Source: an uncultured Candidatus Saccharibacteria bacterium (lineage in GTDB: Bacteria; Patescibacteriota; Minisyncoccia; Minisyncoccales; JANBVM01). From it: 64,000 nucleotides of DNA. Shown piece after piece: positions 51,240-60,522 of this stretch. How positions within the stretch are numbered: position 1 is the first letter of the stretch; each line of letters starts with the position of its first letter. A program made the translations under genes and the position numbers. The stretch spans positions 457,288-521,287 of the forward strand of contig CAYVDD010000001.1 in the NCBI GenBank assembly GCA_964450805.1, written 5' to 3'. The notes beneath the pieces were generated by a model that was given only the letters and a program-made list of their open reading frames with translations, made no database searches and was not told the DNA's origin.

Positions 51240-51974
51240 ATGTCAGGTCATTCGCACGCTAAAACCGTAAAAAGCAAAAAAGAAGCTGGCGCTAAACAAA
51301 GAAGTCAGATTTTTTCTAAAATGAACCGCTTAATTACTGTTGCTGTAAGAGCAGGCGGTCCTAATCCTGAAATTAATTCTAAATTAAGAATGGCAATTGA
51401 ATCTGCCCGTTCTTTTAATATGCCCAATGACAATATTGAGAGAGCAATCAAAAGAGCTAGCGGAGAAGGCGGAGAAGGCAAATTAGAAGAGTTTATTTTT
51501 GAAGCTTATGGTCCAGGAAATATAGCCTTGTTGATTGAAGCAATTACTGACAATAAAAACAGGGCATTAGGAGAGGTTAAAAAAATCTTAAGCCAGTATA
51601 ATGGCAAACTGGTTCAGGAGGGAGCAATAAAATGGATGTTTGAAAGAAAAGGATATGTGGGTGTTGAATTTGAAGCGCAGAGCCAAGAGCTAAAAGACAA
51701 GGAAAAATTAGAGCTTATAGCAATTGAAGCTGAGGCTGAAGATATTGTTTGGAACAATAATAATCTGGATATTTATACAAGAGTAGAAAATCTAGAAAAA
51801 GTTAAAAAGAACTTAGAAGGAAAAGGAATAAAAATTGCATCAGCTGGACTAGAATGGAAACCGAAAGAGGAAGTTGAATTAGATGAAAAACAAAAAGCAA
51901 CCTGCCAAAAACTTTTTGAAGCTCTAGATGAAAATGATAACGTTCAAGATATTTACTCTAATTTAAAAATATGA
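51240..51974 (+). CDS. YebC/PmpR family DNA-binding regulator
   Basis: Begins MSGHSHAKTVKSKKEAGAKQRSQIFSK and contains ARSFNMPNDNIERAIKRA. Confidence 0.9.
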   Translation: MSGHSHAKTVKSKKEAGAKQRSQIFSKMNRLITVAVRAGGPNPEINSKLRMAIESARSFNMPNDNIERAIKRASGEGGEGKLEEFIFEAYGPGNIALLIEAITDNKNRALGEVKKILSQYNGKLVQEGAIKWMFERKGYVGVEFEAQSQELKDKEKLELIAIEAEAEDIVWNNNNLDIYTRVENLEKVKKNLEGKGIKIASAGLEWKPKEEVELDEKQKATCQKLFEALDENDNVQDIYSNLKI

Positions 51975-52438
51975 TTGTTCTAGGCATTGATCCGGGAACA
52001 GCAAGCACAGGATATGGAATTATTAAAAAATCAAAATCTTTAAGATGCCTGGATTATAACGTAATCCGAACTGCTCCTGGTGTAAAACCAGGAGAACGAT
52101 TAAGATTTATAAACAACGAAATTTCAAAAGTAATCAAACAATTTCAGCCAGATATTTTAGCTATAGAAAAGATTTATTTCTTTAAAAACTTAAAAACCGC
52201 TATTCCAGTTTCCCAGGCTAAAGGCTCAATTCTTTTAACAGCAGCCAGAAAAAAAATTCCTGTCTGGGAATACACTCCTTTACAGGTTAAATTAACTGTT
52301 ACTGGCAATGGCAAGGCAGACAAAAAACAAGTACAGGAAAGCCTAAAAAAGATGCTTAAGTTAGAAAAAATACCAAAACCAGACGATGCTGCTGATGCTT
52401 TAGCTATTGCTGCCACTTATCTTTTAAAAGAAATTTAA
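51971..52438 (+). CDS. ruvC: Holliday junction resolvase RuvC
   Basis: Contains VLGIDPGTASTGYGII, LAIEKIYF and PDDAADALAIA. Confidence 0.9.
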   Translation: MIVLGIDPGTASTGYGIIKKSKSLRCLDYNVIRTAPGVKPGERLRFINNEISKVIKQFQPDILAIEKIYFFKNLKTAIPVSQAKGSILLTAARKKIPVWEYTPLQVKLTVTGNGKADKKQVQESLKKMLKLEKIPKPDDAADALAIAATYLLKEI

Positions 52439-52446
52439 TCCACACT

Positions 52447-52474
52447 TGACAAGACCTGTCCGCAACCTATAATA
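52447..52474 (+). promoter_or_regulatory. consensus sigma70-type promoter
   Basis: Reads TTGACA (52447-52452), N16, TATAAT (52469-52474). Confidence 0.6.
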
Positions 52475-52536
52475 TTCTTTAAGATTTCTAAAAAAGAAAT
52501 TAAAGGTCGCGGACTATAACCTGATATTAAAAAAAT

Positions 52537-52668
52537 ATGGTCTACGAAGAGAAATTCTACACTATTTTTACTGATGAAGAAGAGATGGAAAACGAAGAAA
52601 CAGAAGAAGAAGATGAAGATGATGAAGAAGAAGAAGAGAAATTCAACGACGAATTCGACGAAGAATAA
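52537..52668 (+). CDS. 43-aa extremely acidic protein (below ORF-track cutoff)
   Basis: ATG 52537 to TAA 52666-52668 gives MVYEEKFYTIFTDEEEMENEETEEEDEDDEEEEEKFNDEFDEE. It has its own consensus promoter and a perfect terminator. Confidence 0.45.
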   Translation: MVYEEKFYTIFTDEEEMENEETEEEDEDDEEEEEKFNDEFDEE

Positions 52669-52684
52669 ATTATACTTTTTTTAA

Positions 52685-52718
52685 AAATACAAAAACCCTG
52701 AAAAGGGTTTTTGTATTT
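52685..52718. terminator. bidirectional intrinsic terminator
   Basis: A perfect helix of 14 bp or more, AAATACAAAAACCC-TGAAA-GGGTTTTTGTATTT, lies between the acidic ORF (+) and tyrS (-). Confidence 0.75.
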
Positions 52719-52729
52719 TAAATAAGTTT

Positions 52730-53962
52730 CTAAGCTATTTTTATAAATTTTCTCTTCCCGACCTTAACTACCATTCCTTTTTTAATCTTAACAATTTCTT
52801 TCCAATCCTGTTTAACAACTCCATTAATCCTGACCGCATTTTGTTCAATCAGTCTTTTTGCTTCTGACTTTGATAAAGCTAATCTTGTTTTAACCAATAA
52901 TTCTAAAATATCAATTTCTTCTTCATTTATTTTAATTTCTTTAATTTTTGATGGAAGTTTTTTCTCTTTAAAAACTCTGTTAAATTCCTGTTCAGATTTT
53001 CGGGCTAATTGTTCGTTATAATAAATTGCAACAATTTCTTTTGCTAATCTGGCTTTCATATCTTTTGGATTAACTTTTTTTAATTTTAAATCACTTTCTA
53101 TTTTTTTAATTTCATTTATTGGCTCGTCAGTACATAATTCAAAGTAATGAACAATTAAATCATCTTTTAAGGACATAATTTTACCAAACATATCATTAGG
53201 GTTGTCTGTTAGATTAACCATATTACCATAAGTCTTGCTCATCTCTCTTCCATCTAGACCAGTAAGCATTGGAATTGTTAAAACAAACTTTTCCTTATTA
53301 TTGTAGATTTTTTGAAGTTTTCTGCCCACTAACATATTAAATACCTGGTCAGTGCCCCCTATCTCCAAATCAACATCCATAACAACTGAATCATAGCCCT
53401 GCATTAAAGGATAAAGCAGTTCATTCAACCACACTTCTCCTCCTTTTTTTAGCCTGTTCTGAAACATATTTCTTTCCAGCAATTGTGAACTGGTAAAATT
53501 AGAGCTTATTTTTACCAAATCATTAAAGTTAAGTTTTTCTAACCAGTGATGATTTTGTTTAATTTTTATTTTAGACATGTCTAAAATCTTTGAAGCTTGT
53601 TTTTTATAGGTAGATATATTTTTTTTCACCTGCTTTAAAGTTAAAGGTTTTCTTTTTTTATCTCTTTCTGAAGGGTCGCCGATCTGGGCAGTAAAAGTGC
53701 CGAAAAGCAAAATAACCTCATGACCTAAATCTTGAAAATCTTTTAATTTTCTTAAAGGGACTGCGTGTCCAATATGAATATTGGGACTTGTTGGGTCAAT
53801 GCCAAAATAAAGCCTTATTTTCCGTTTTTTCATCAACTCTGCCAAATCTTTTTTAGTTGGCAAAACCTGTTCTGTTCCTTTAGTTAGTACTTTTTCAATT
53901 TTTTTAGAATCAGCAATCATATTTTCATCATAAATTGAAAATCTTAAAATTTCAAACTGCAT
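52730..53962 (-). CDS. tyrS: tyrosyl-tRNA synthetase
   Basis: Contains YFGIDPTSPNIHIGH (HIGH) and KMSKTYGN (KMSKS), plus a C-terminal S4 domain. The true start may be an internal Met. Confidence 0.9.
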   Translation of the reverse strand: MQFEILRFSIYDENMIADSKKIEKVLTKGTEQVLPTKKDLAELMKKRKIRLYFGIDPTSPNIHIGHAVPLRKLKDFQDLGHEVILLFGTFTAQIGDPSERDKKRKPLTLKQVKKNISTYKKQASKILDMSKIKIKQNHHWLEKLNFNDLVKISSNFTSSQLLERNMFQNRLKKGGEVWLNELLYPLMQGYDSVVMDVDLEIGGTDQVFNMLVGRKLQKIYNNKEKFVLTIPMLTGLDGREMSKTYGNMVNLTDNPNDMFGKIMSLKDDLIVHYFELCTDEPINEIKKIESDLKLKKVNPKDMKARLAKEIVAIYYNEQLARKSEQEFNRVFKEKKLPSKIKEIKINEEEIDILELLVKTRLALSKSEAKRLIEQNAVRINGVVKQDWKEIVKIKKGMVVKVGKRKFIKIA

Positions 53963-54002
53963 TGTTTGAAAAAATGTATTATTATGATATATAACAAAGA
54001 TT

Positions 54003-55952
54003 ATGGCAAAAAGAAAATACTATAGAAAGAAATATAGAAAAAGGAAGAAAGACAAAAAAAAAGACAGCTTTTTTTTAAAGCCTTTTGTAATTTGTTTATT
54101 TTTCATTTTCTGTTCTCTATTTTTATTTTTCTACTATGTTAAAGAATTTCCAAGACCGGAAATATTCAACGAAAGGCAACTTGCCCAGTCAACTAAAATT
54201 TATGACAGGACAGGACAGGTTCTTTTATATGAAATTTATGGAGAGGAAAAAAGAACCTGGGTTCCTTTGGACTTTATTCCTGAACAATTAAAAAAGGCTG
54301 TAATTGCAGCTGAAGATGCAAACTTCTATAATCATTTTGGCATTGATATTAAAGGAATTGTAAGAGCAATTCTGTCTGATTTAAAAATGGGACAGTTTAT
54401 TTACGGCGGCTCCACTATCCCTCAACAATTAATAAGGTCAACTTTTTTGTCTCCCGAAAAAACAGCTGAAAGGAAAATCAGAGAAATTGTTTTAGCTCTG
54501 GAACTAGATAGACGATATTCAAAAGACCAAATTCTTGAATGGTATTTAAATCAAGTTCCTTTTGGCCAAAACGCTTATGGGGTTGAGGCTGCCAGCCAGA
54601 CTTATTTTGACAAGTCTGTGTCTGAAATATCTTTAGCTGAATCAACTATTTTAGCTGCTTTGGTCCAGGCTCCATCCCGATTATCGCCTTATGGAGAGAA
54701 TAAAGACCAGCTTTTAGAGAGAAAAGACTATATTTTAGATAGAATGGCGAATGAAAATTTCATAGATAAAGAAACAGCTCAGAGAACCAAAAAAGAAGAA
54801 ATAGTTTTTGTTGAAAAACCAATCCGTATTAAAGCTCCTTATTTTGTTTTATGGGTTAAACAACAACTAGAAGAAAACTACGGAGAAGATTATTTAAGAA
54901 GAATGGGACTGAAAGTTTATACATCTTTAAATTGGGAAATTCAAGAAAGCACTGAAAATATTGTTAGACAAGGAATTGAAATAAATAAAGCATATAACGC
55001 TCATAATGCAGGAGCAGTAGTTATTAACACCAAGAGCGGTGAAGTTCTGGCTATGGCAGTAGGAACAGGTGATTATAATGACTCTCCTTTCCCTGAAGGA
55101 TGTATACCAGGTAAAGATTGTTTATTTGACCCGAAATTTAATGTTGTAATTGGAACAAAAAACAATCCTGGCCGTCAACCTGGGTCAGCATTTAAACCAT
55201 TCATCTATGCTACTGCTTTTAAACAAGGCTATGATGATAAAAGTATTGTTATTGATGAACCAACTAATTTTGGTGTCTGGGGAGAAGAAGAATACGAACC
55301 TCAAAACTATGATGAAATTTTCAGGGGAGAAGTAACTCTAAGACAGGCCTTATCGCAGTCTTTAAATGTGCCTTCAGTTAAAGTTCTTCTTGATTTAGCA
55401 GGATTGGAAAACAGTATTAAAACTGCTCAAAGTTTGGGAATTAAAACTTTAAATCCACCTTATGGTCCTTCAATTGTATTAGGAGGATGGGAAGTAAAAT
55501 TAATAGAAATGGCTTCTGCTTATGGAGTTTTTGCAAATGACGGTTTAAAAGTTCCACCAGTTTCTATTTTAAGAATAGAAGATTTAAAGGGAAATATTAT
55601 TGAAGAAAATAAAAAAACCCCTATGAGGGTTTTAGAAAGCGAAATTACTAGACTAATAAATAATATTTTATCAGACAATAATGCAAGAGCTCCAATGTTC
55701 GGCTCATCATCTTTATTATATTTTAAAAACTTTGATGTAGCTGCTAAAACAGGAACAACTCAAGATTATCGTGATGCATGGACAATAGGCTACTCTCCTT
55801 CTGTAGTGATTGGAGTTTGGGCAGGAAATAATAACAACGAATCAATGAGAGAAGAACCAGGAGTTGTTATTGCTGGTCCAATTTTCTACAGGATCATGAA
55901 TAAAGTTTTATTAATTTTCCCTAAAGAAGAATTTATAGATCCAGAGATATAA
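54003..55952 (+). CDS. bifunctional class A penicillin-binding protein (glycosyltransferase + transpeptidase)
   Basis: The GT51 motifs are EDANFYNHFGID, GGSTIPQQL and RKIRE. The transpeptidase motifs are SAFKPF (SxxK), SLN and KTGT. Confidence 0.9.
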   Translation: MAKRKYYRKKYRKRKKDKKKDSFFLKPFVICLFFIFCSLFLFFYYVKEFPRPEIFNERQLAQSTKIYDRTGQVLLYEIYGEEKRTWVPLDFIPEQLKKAVIAAEDANFYNHFGIDIKGIVRAILSDLKMGQFIYGGSTIPQQLIRSTFLSPEKTAERKIREIVLALELDRRYSKDQILEWYLNQVPFGQNAYGVEAASQTYFDKSVSEISLAESTILAALVQAPSRLSPYGENKDQLLERKDYILDRMANENFIDKETAQRTKKEEIVFVEKPIRIKAPYFVLWVKQQLEENYGEDYLRRMGLKVYTSLNWEIQESTENIVRQGIEINKAYNAHNAGAVVINTKSGEVLAMAVGTGDYNDSPFPEGCIPGKDCLFDPKFNVVIGTKNNPGRQPGSAFKPFIYATAFKQGYDDKSIVIDEPTNFGVWGEEEYEPQNYDEIFRGEVTLRQALSQSLNVPSVKVLLDLAGLENSIKTAQSLGIKTLNPPYGPSIVLGGWEVKLIEMASAYGVFANDGLKVPPVSILRIEDLKGNIIEENKKTPMRVLESEITRLINNILSDNNARAPMFGSSSLLYFKNFDVAAKTGTTQDYRDAWTIGYSPSVVIGVWAGNNNNESMREEPGVVIAGPIFYRIMNKVLLIFPKEEFIDPEI

Positions 55953-55963
55953 GAAGACGAATT

Positions 55964-57088
55964 TTAAGTAGCCTTGATCGGCATTATTATATAAAGATAA
56001 TCTTCGTCCCCTAACGGCTTTAAAGCTGCTGGGCCATCCTTGTCTGTTAACTCAAAACTTATTTTATCTTTTTTAATTTCAGAAATTCCCTCAATTAAAA
56101 ATCTGTGATTAAAAGAAACAGAAAGTTCGTCTCCTTTAATGTTTCCAGTGAAAAAACTTTCATATTCTCCAAGATCAGGACTTTGACTAAATACCTCAAT
56201 TTTATTATTTTTAGGGCTAATTTTTAATTTAACCTCGTTTATTTTACCACTAAAAAGGCTGGCACTCTTAATTTGATTAAGAAACTCTTTTTTTTGTACC
56301 TGAACCTGCGTCTTATATTTTTTAGGAATAATTTCTTTATAATTAGGATATTCTCCGCTAATTAATCTTGAAATAAACTGAATTTGAGGGTGGTCTGTTT
56401 CACTCATCATACATTCAAATAAAATCTGATTTGGGGAAAAACAAATTTTTAAATCTCCTTGTTTCTCCCCAAAAACACTGATGATTTCTTTAGCAGCAGA
56501 CTGGGGTAAAATTAAAGAATGTTTTTTAGAAATTTTAGTATTAATAAATATTTTTTTCTCAGCCAATCTAAAGCTATCAGTGGCAACCATTTTAATTAAA
56601 TTACTTTCAAAAACAAAATATATACCAGAAATCTCGGGTCTGACAGTAGAAGATGAAGGAATATTTAATATTTGAGATAAAGCCTGACAGAAACTAAAAT
56701 TATCAATTTTAATAATTTGTCCTTCTTTTAATTGAGGAATAATAGGGAATTCTTCCGAATTAATTCCTTTGATTTTTGTCTTATAATTATCACAAACTAA
56801 ATCCATAATAAAATTCTGTACTTTTAAATCAATAGTTTTATTAGGTAAGAAAGTTAAAAGATTGGAAAGAAATTTTGTTGGAATACAAATTTCACCCTGT
56901 TTTCCAACCTTAACTAAACCCCACCAATTAATAGCTGATTCTAAGTTAGTAGTTGATAATTTTAAAAAGTTTTTTTCAGTTTTAAAAAGAATATTTTGTA
57001 AAATTGGCAAAGTTAATGATTTGTGGGAAATTTTTTCAACAATGTCAATTCCTTCTTTTAATTTTTCTTTTAATATAATTATTTTCAT
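55964..57088 (-). CDS. dnaN: DNA polymerase III beta sliding clamp
   Basis: 374 aa immediately downstream of dnaA with a three-domain clamp pattern. Confidence 0.9.
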   Translation of the reverse strand: MKIIILKEKLKEGIDIVEKISHKSLTLPILQNILFKTEKNFLKLSTTNLESAINWWGLVKVGKQGEICIPTKFLSNLLTFLPNKTIDLKVQNFIMDLVCDNYKTKIKGINSEEFPIIPQLKEGQIIKIDNFSFCQALSQILNIPSSSTVRPEISGIYFVFESNLIKMVATDSFRLAEKKIFINTKISKKHSLILPQSAAKEIISVFGEKQGDLKICFSPNQILFECMMSETDHPQIQFISRLISGEYPNYKEIIPKKYKTQVQVQKKEFLNQIKSASLFSGKINEVKLKISPKNNKIEVFSQSPDLGEYESFFTGNIKGDELSVSFNHRFLIEGISEIKKDKISFELTDKDGPAALKPLGDEDYLYIIMPIKAT

Positions 57089-57238
57089 TGTTATTGTTGT
57101 ATTTATTTTTTTTAATTATTTTTAAAGTTAATTGATTTGGGGAAAACTAAGGTATTTTTTGTGGAATTTATTAAAGAAAATTTTGGAATTCTAATATTAT
57201 TTTTTTTATAGTTATTTTTTACAGACTTTTTCCACTGT
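57089..57238. other. dnaA-dnaN intergenic AT-rich region with DnaA-box-like sites
   Basis: TGTGGAATT (57160-57168) and TTTTCCACT (57227-57235) match TTATCCACA/TGTGGATAA at 6-7 of 9 positions. Long A/T tracts are present. Confidence 0.35.
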
Positions 57239-58588
57239 TTAAGTATATAAAAGACGTTGTTTTATTAACTCAATTTCCTCTCCTAAACTCTCATTTTTAT
57301 CAACTTCTTTTGTAATTTTCTCGTAAGCGTAAATAGCTGTTGTATGATCTTTACCTCCAAATCTTCTACCAATAAATGGGAAAGATGCTTTTAATTCACG
57401 TCTTAATAAAAACATAGCAATTTGTCTGGGCCTAACAATTTCTTTTTTTCTTGAAACTGATAATAAATCTTTTTCTTTCAAATCATAAAAATCAGCAACA
57501 ATCTGAATTATTTTTTTAGCATTAACAGTGCGCGAAGGCGATAAGGTTAAATTTTTAAGAAGTGTTTTAGTTATTTTTAAATCAGGGATATTATTATTTA
57601 GTTTTTGGTAGGCAATTAAAATATTTAGAGCTCCTTCTAATTCTCTGATATTTCTCTGAACCACTGAACCAATGTAATTTAGAACCTCATCTGAAAATTC
57701 AATTTTTCTTTCCTGACATTTTGATTTTAATATAGCAATTCTTGTTTCTAGATCTGGAAAGGATATATCAGTTATCATTCCTCCTTCAAAGCGTGATCTT
57801 AGTCTCTCAGCTAAGGCTGGAATTGATTTTGGTGTTCTGTCAGATGAAATGATTATTTGTTTATTTTTTTCATATAAACTATTAAAAACATAGAAAAATT
57901 CTTCTTGGGTTTTTTCTTTTCCTGTTAAAAACTGGACATCATCTATTATTAAAACATCAATTTTTTGATATTTAGCTTTTAATTTTTCAGTTTCTCTATT
58001 CCTTATTGACGATATTACTTCAGCAACAAACTTTTCTGTTGGTATATATTTTACTTTTTTATCTTCAAAATTTTTAATAACCTCATTACCAATAGCCTGT
58101 AATAAATGAGTTTTTCCAAGGCCTACTCCTCCATAAACAAAAAACGGATTATATACCTGGCCTGGTTTTTTTGTTACTGCCCATCCAGCTGCTTGGGCTA
58201 ATTCATTAAATGGGCCCACAATAAAGCTGTCAAAAGTATATCTAGGATTAAGGTTTGTATCTTTATCAACTTTGAATTCTTGAAATTCTAATTGTCTGTT
58301 TTCAATAGAAAAAGGAACGGCTTTTTTAAGAATCTCTGTTTTTGGCTTTCCAACTTCATATTTTATTTCTTTAGTTGTGCCGTCTAGTTCGCGTAATACT
58401 TTAAAAATAGTCTTATTGTATTTTTGTTCCAGCCACTCTTTAGCAAAGGAATTAGGCACAGATACAAAAATACAGCCTTCTTTCTGGGAAGCAATGCGCG
58501 TATTTTTAAACCAGGTAGCAAAGCTGGCTGGAGAGATTTGAATCTGGATTTGGGCTAGCACTGCTTGCCAGAGTTCTTCATTATTCAT
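57239..58588 (-). CDS. dnaA: chromosomal replication initiator DnaA
   Basis: Has Walker A GGVGLGKTHLL, LIIDDVQFL, and the domain IV segment HTTAIYAYEKI. Confidence 0.95.
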   Translation of the reverse strand: MNNEELWQAVLAQIQIQISPASFATWFKNTRIASQKEGCIFVSVPNSFAKEWLEQKYNKTIFKVLRELDGTTKEIKYEVGKPKTEILKKAVPFSIENRQLEFQEFKVDKDTNLNPRYTFDSFIVGPFNELAQAAGWAVTKKPGQVYNPFFVYGGVGLGKTHLLQAIGNEVIKNFEDKKVKYIPTEKFVAEVISSIRNRETEKLKAKYQKIDVLIIDDVQFLTGKEKTQEEFFYVFNSLYEKNKQIIISSDRTPKSIPALAERLRSRFEGGMITDISFPDLETRIAILKSKCQERKIEFSDEVLNYIGSVVQRNIRELEGALNILIAYQKLNNNIPDLKITKTLLKNLTLSPSRTVNAKKIIQIVADFYDLKEKDLLSVSRKKEIVRPRQIAMFLLRRELKASFPFIGRRFGGKDHTTAIYAYEKITKEVDKNESLGEEIELIKQRLLYT

Positions 58589-58806
58589 AAATGTTAAGTG
58601 TAAGTCTTTAATAAGTTATTATAACTATAAGTCAATGGAATGTAAAATAAATATAAAATTTCCATTTTTTCAAAAATATGGGTAAAAGCTGGGTAAAAAC
58701 TGTGGATTCTTCCTTGACATACAGCTTTTTTTGGGGTTTAATTAATGATTAAGTTTCTACTAAAATATTGACTTAAATCACTTTAAAATATAAAATAAAT
58801 GAAAAT
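58589..58806. other. candidate oriC / divergent dnaA-rpmH control region
   Basis: It holds the classical rpmH/dnaA divergent junction and a DnaA-box-like TGTGGATTC (58701-58709). A TTGACA-N17-TTTAAT promoter at about 58716-58744 faces rpmH. Strand bias of genes switches here. Confidence 0.45.
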
Positions 58807-58941
58807 ATGTCAGTTACCTATAAACCTAAAAAAAGAAGAAGAAAAAAAAGACATGGATTCATGAAAAGAAACAAGACTAAAGCAGGTAAGAGGGTTTTAA
58901 AGAGAAGGATGAAAAAAGGTCGTAAAAAACTCACTGTTTAA
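58807..58941 (+). CDS. rpmH: 50S ribosomal protein L34 (below ORF-track cutoff)
   Basis: Reads [44 protein letters not shown], followed directly by rnpA. Confidence 0.9.
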   Translation: MSVTYKPKKRRRKKRHGFMKRNKTKAGKRVLKRRMKKGRKKLTV

Positions 58942-58942
58942 C

Positions 58943-59287
58943 TTGATGTTGCCTAAACTAAACCGTTTGAAAAAGAAAAAGGACTTTGAAAAGGTTTTTA
59001 AATTAGGAAAAGGCGCTAAGTTAAGCTTTATAGCATTGAAGTTTAATAAGAATGGATTGAAAAACTCACGTTTTGGTTTCATTGTTTCTTTAAAAGTTTC
59101 CAAAAAAGCTGTTGTGCGTAATAGAATTAAAAGAAGATTAAGAGAATCAGTCAAGAAAAAAATTAATAACGTAAAAAAAGGACTTGATATTGTGTTGATT
59201 AGTTTTCCTAGTTTAAAGAATAAGGACTTTCAAGAGACAGATAAAATAGTAGAAAAATTATTTAAAAAATCAGGAATTTTAATTTAA
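58943..59287 (+). CDS. rnpA: RNase P protein component
   Basis: Contains LPKLNRLKKKKDFEKVFK...RNRIKRRLRE (RNR motif), in the rpmH-rnpA-yidC order. Confidence 0.85.
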   Translation: MMLPKLNRLKKKKDFEKVFKLGKGAKLSFIALKFNKNGLKNSRFGFIVSLKVSKKAVVRNRIKRRLRESVKKKINNVKKGLDIVLISFPSLKNKDFQETDKIVEKLFKKSGILI

Positions 59288-59289
59288 AT

Positions 59290-60003
59290 ATGAATTTACT
59301 TGTTGAAGTATTTAATAAAGTGCTTTACCAGCCGTTATTCAACGCGCTAGTTTTGTTGTATAATTTTCTTCCTGGTAATGATTTTGGAATAGCAGTAATT
59401 GTTTTAACTATTTTAATCAGACTAGCGCTTCATCCTTTGATGTCTCAATCTTTGAAATCACAAAAAGTTTTTTCTGAACTTCAACCCAGAATAAAAGAAA
59501 TTCAAAATAGATTTAAAAATGACCAGCAAAAACAAGCTGAAGAAATGTTAAAACTTTATCAGACAGAAAAAATAAATCCGATTAGTGGTTTTTTGCCTTT
59601 ATTAATCCAGCTGCCTCTTTTAATCGCTCTTTATCAGGTTTTTTGGAGGGGGCTTCAACCAGGAGCAATGAGCAGTCTTTATAGTTTCATTCCTAATCTT
59701 GGAGATATAAATCCTAGTTTCCTGGGATTTGTAAATCTTTCGCAAAGCAGTATGTTTTTAGCACTCTTAGCAGGCAGTGTTCAGTTTATTCAGGCAAAAA
59801 CAATGAACCCAAAATCAAAAAAAGACCAGACAAATAAGGTTGCAGAAATAATGCAGAAACAAATGCTTTATTTTCTTCCATTTTTCACTGTTGTTATTCT
59901 TTTGCGTTTACCAGCAGCTATTGCTTTATACTGGATAGTTACTTCTTTGTTTTCAATAGGACAGCAATATAATATTAATAAAAATCATGTTAAAGCCAGC
60001 TGA
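59290..60003 (+). CDS. yidC: membrane protein insertase YidC (short form)
   Basis: 237 aa with GIAVIVLTILIRLALHPL..., GFLPLLIQLPLLIALY and LYWIVTSLFSIGQQ. Confidence 0.85.
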   Translation: MNLLVEVFNKVLYQPLFNALVLLYNFLPGNDFGIAVIVLTILIRLALHPLMSQSLKSQKVFSELQPRIKEIQNRFKNDQQKQAEEMLKLYQTEKINPISGFLPLLIQLPLLIALYQVFWRGLQPGAMSSLYSFIPNLGDINPSFLGFVNLSQSSMFLALLAGSVQFIQAKTMNPKSKKDQTNKVAEIMQKQMLYFLPFFTVVILLRLPAAIALYWIVTSLFSIGQQYNINKNHVKAS

Positions 60004-60448
60004 TTTAGAAACAATAAAGAGAATCACTAAAGAATTTTTTTTAAAAACTACATTTGATGTAGATATTGATTTTTTGTCTCAAAAAGAGTCAATTATTCAG
60101 ATTAATCTGAAAACAGAAGAGCCTAAAATTTTAATTGGTGAAAAAGGCCAAACTTTAGGTGAAATTCAAAGGCTTTTAAAAGTAATTTTAAGAAGGAAGA
60201 TCAACCAGGATTTTTATATTGATTTAGATATTAATGGTTATAAAAAGAAAAAAATAGAATATTTAAAAGAAGTGGCAAAATTAGTCGCTGATGAAGTTGC
60301 CTTGATGAAGGAAGAAAAAATACTTCCTTCAATGCCAGCTCATGAGAGAAGGATAATTCATATGGAATTATCAGGAAGAGAAGATATAGTAACTGATAGC
60401 ACAGGCAAAGAGCCGGAAAGAAAAATAATAATCAAACCTTGTCTTTAA
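59987..60448 (+). CDS. Jag/KhpB RNA-binding protein (KH + R3H)
   Basis: Has a KH-like segment (IGEKGQTLGEIQRLL) and the R3H segment ERRIIHMEL. It sits in the position after yidC. Confidence 0.8.
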   Translation: MLKPADLETIKRITKEFFLKTTFDVDIDFLSQKESIIQINLKTEEPKILIGEKGQTLGEIQRLLKVILRRKINQDFYIDLDINGYKKKKIEYLKEVAKLVADEVALMKEEKILPSMPAHERRIIHMELSGREDIVTDSTGKEPERKIIIKPCL

Positions 60449-60471
60449 ATATTGACATATATATAAGAGAA

Positions 60472-60498
60472 AGAGGTTAGTTTTTTAACCTCTTTTTC
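60472..60498. terminator. intrinsic terminator between jag and the VirB4-like gene
   Basis: Reads AGAGGTTA-N6-TAACCTCT-TTTT. Confidence 0.6.
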
Positions 60499-60522
60499 GA
60501 TTCTTGAAATATTAATTGTCAA

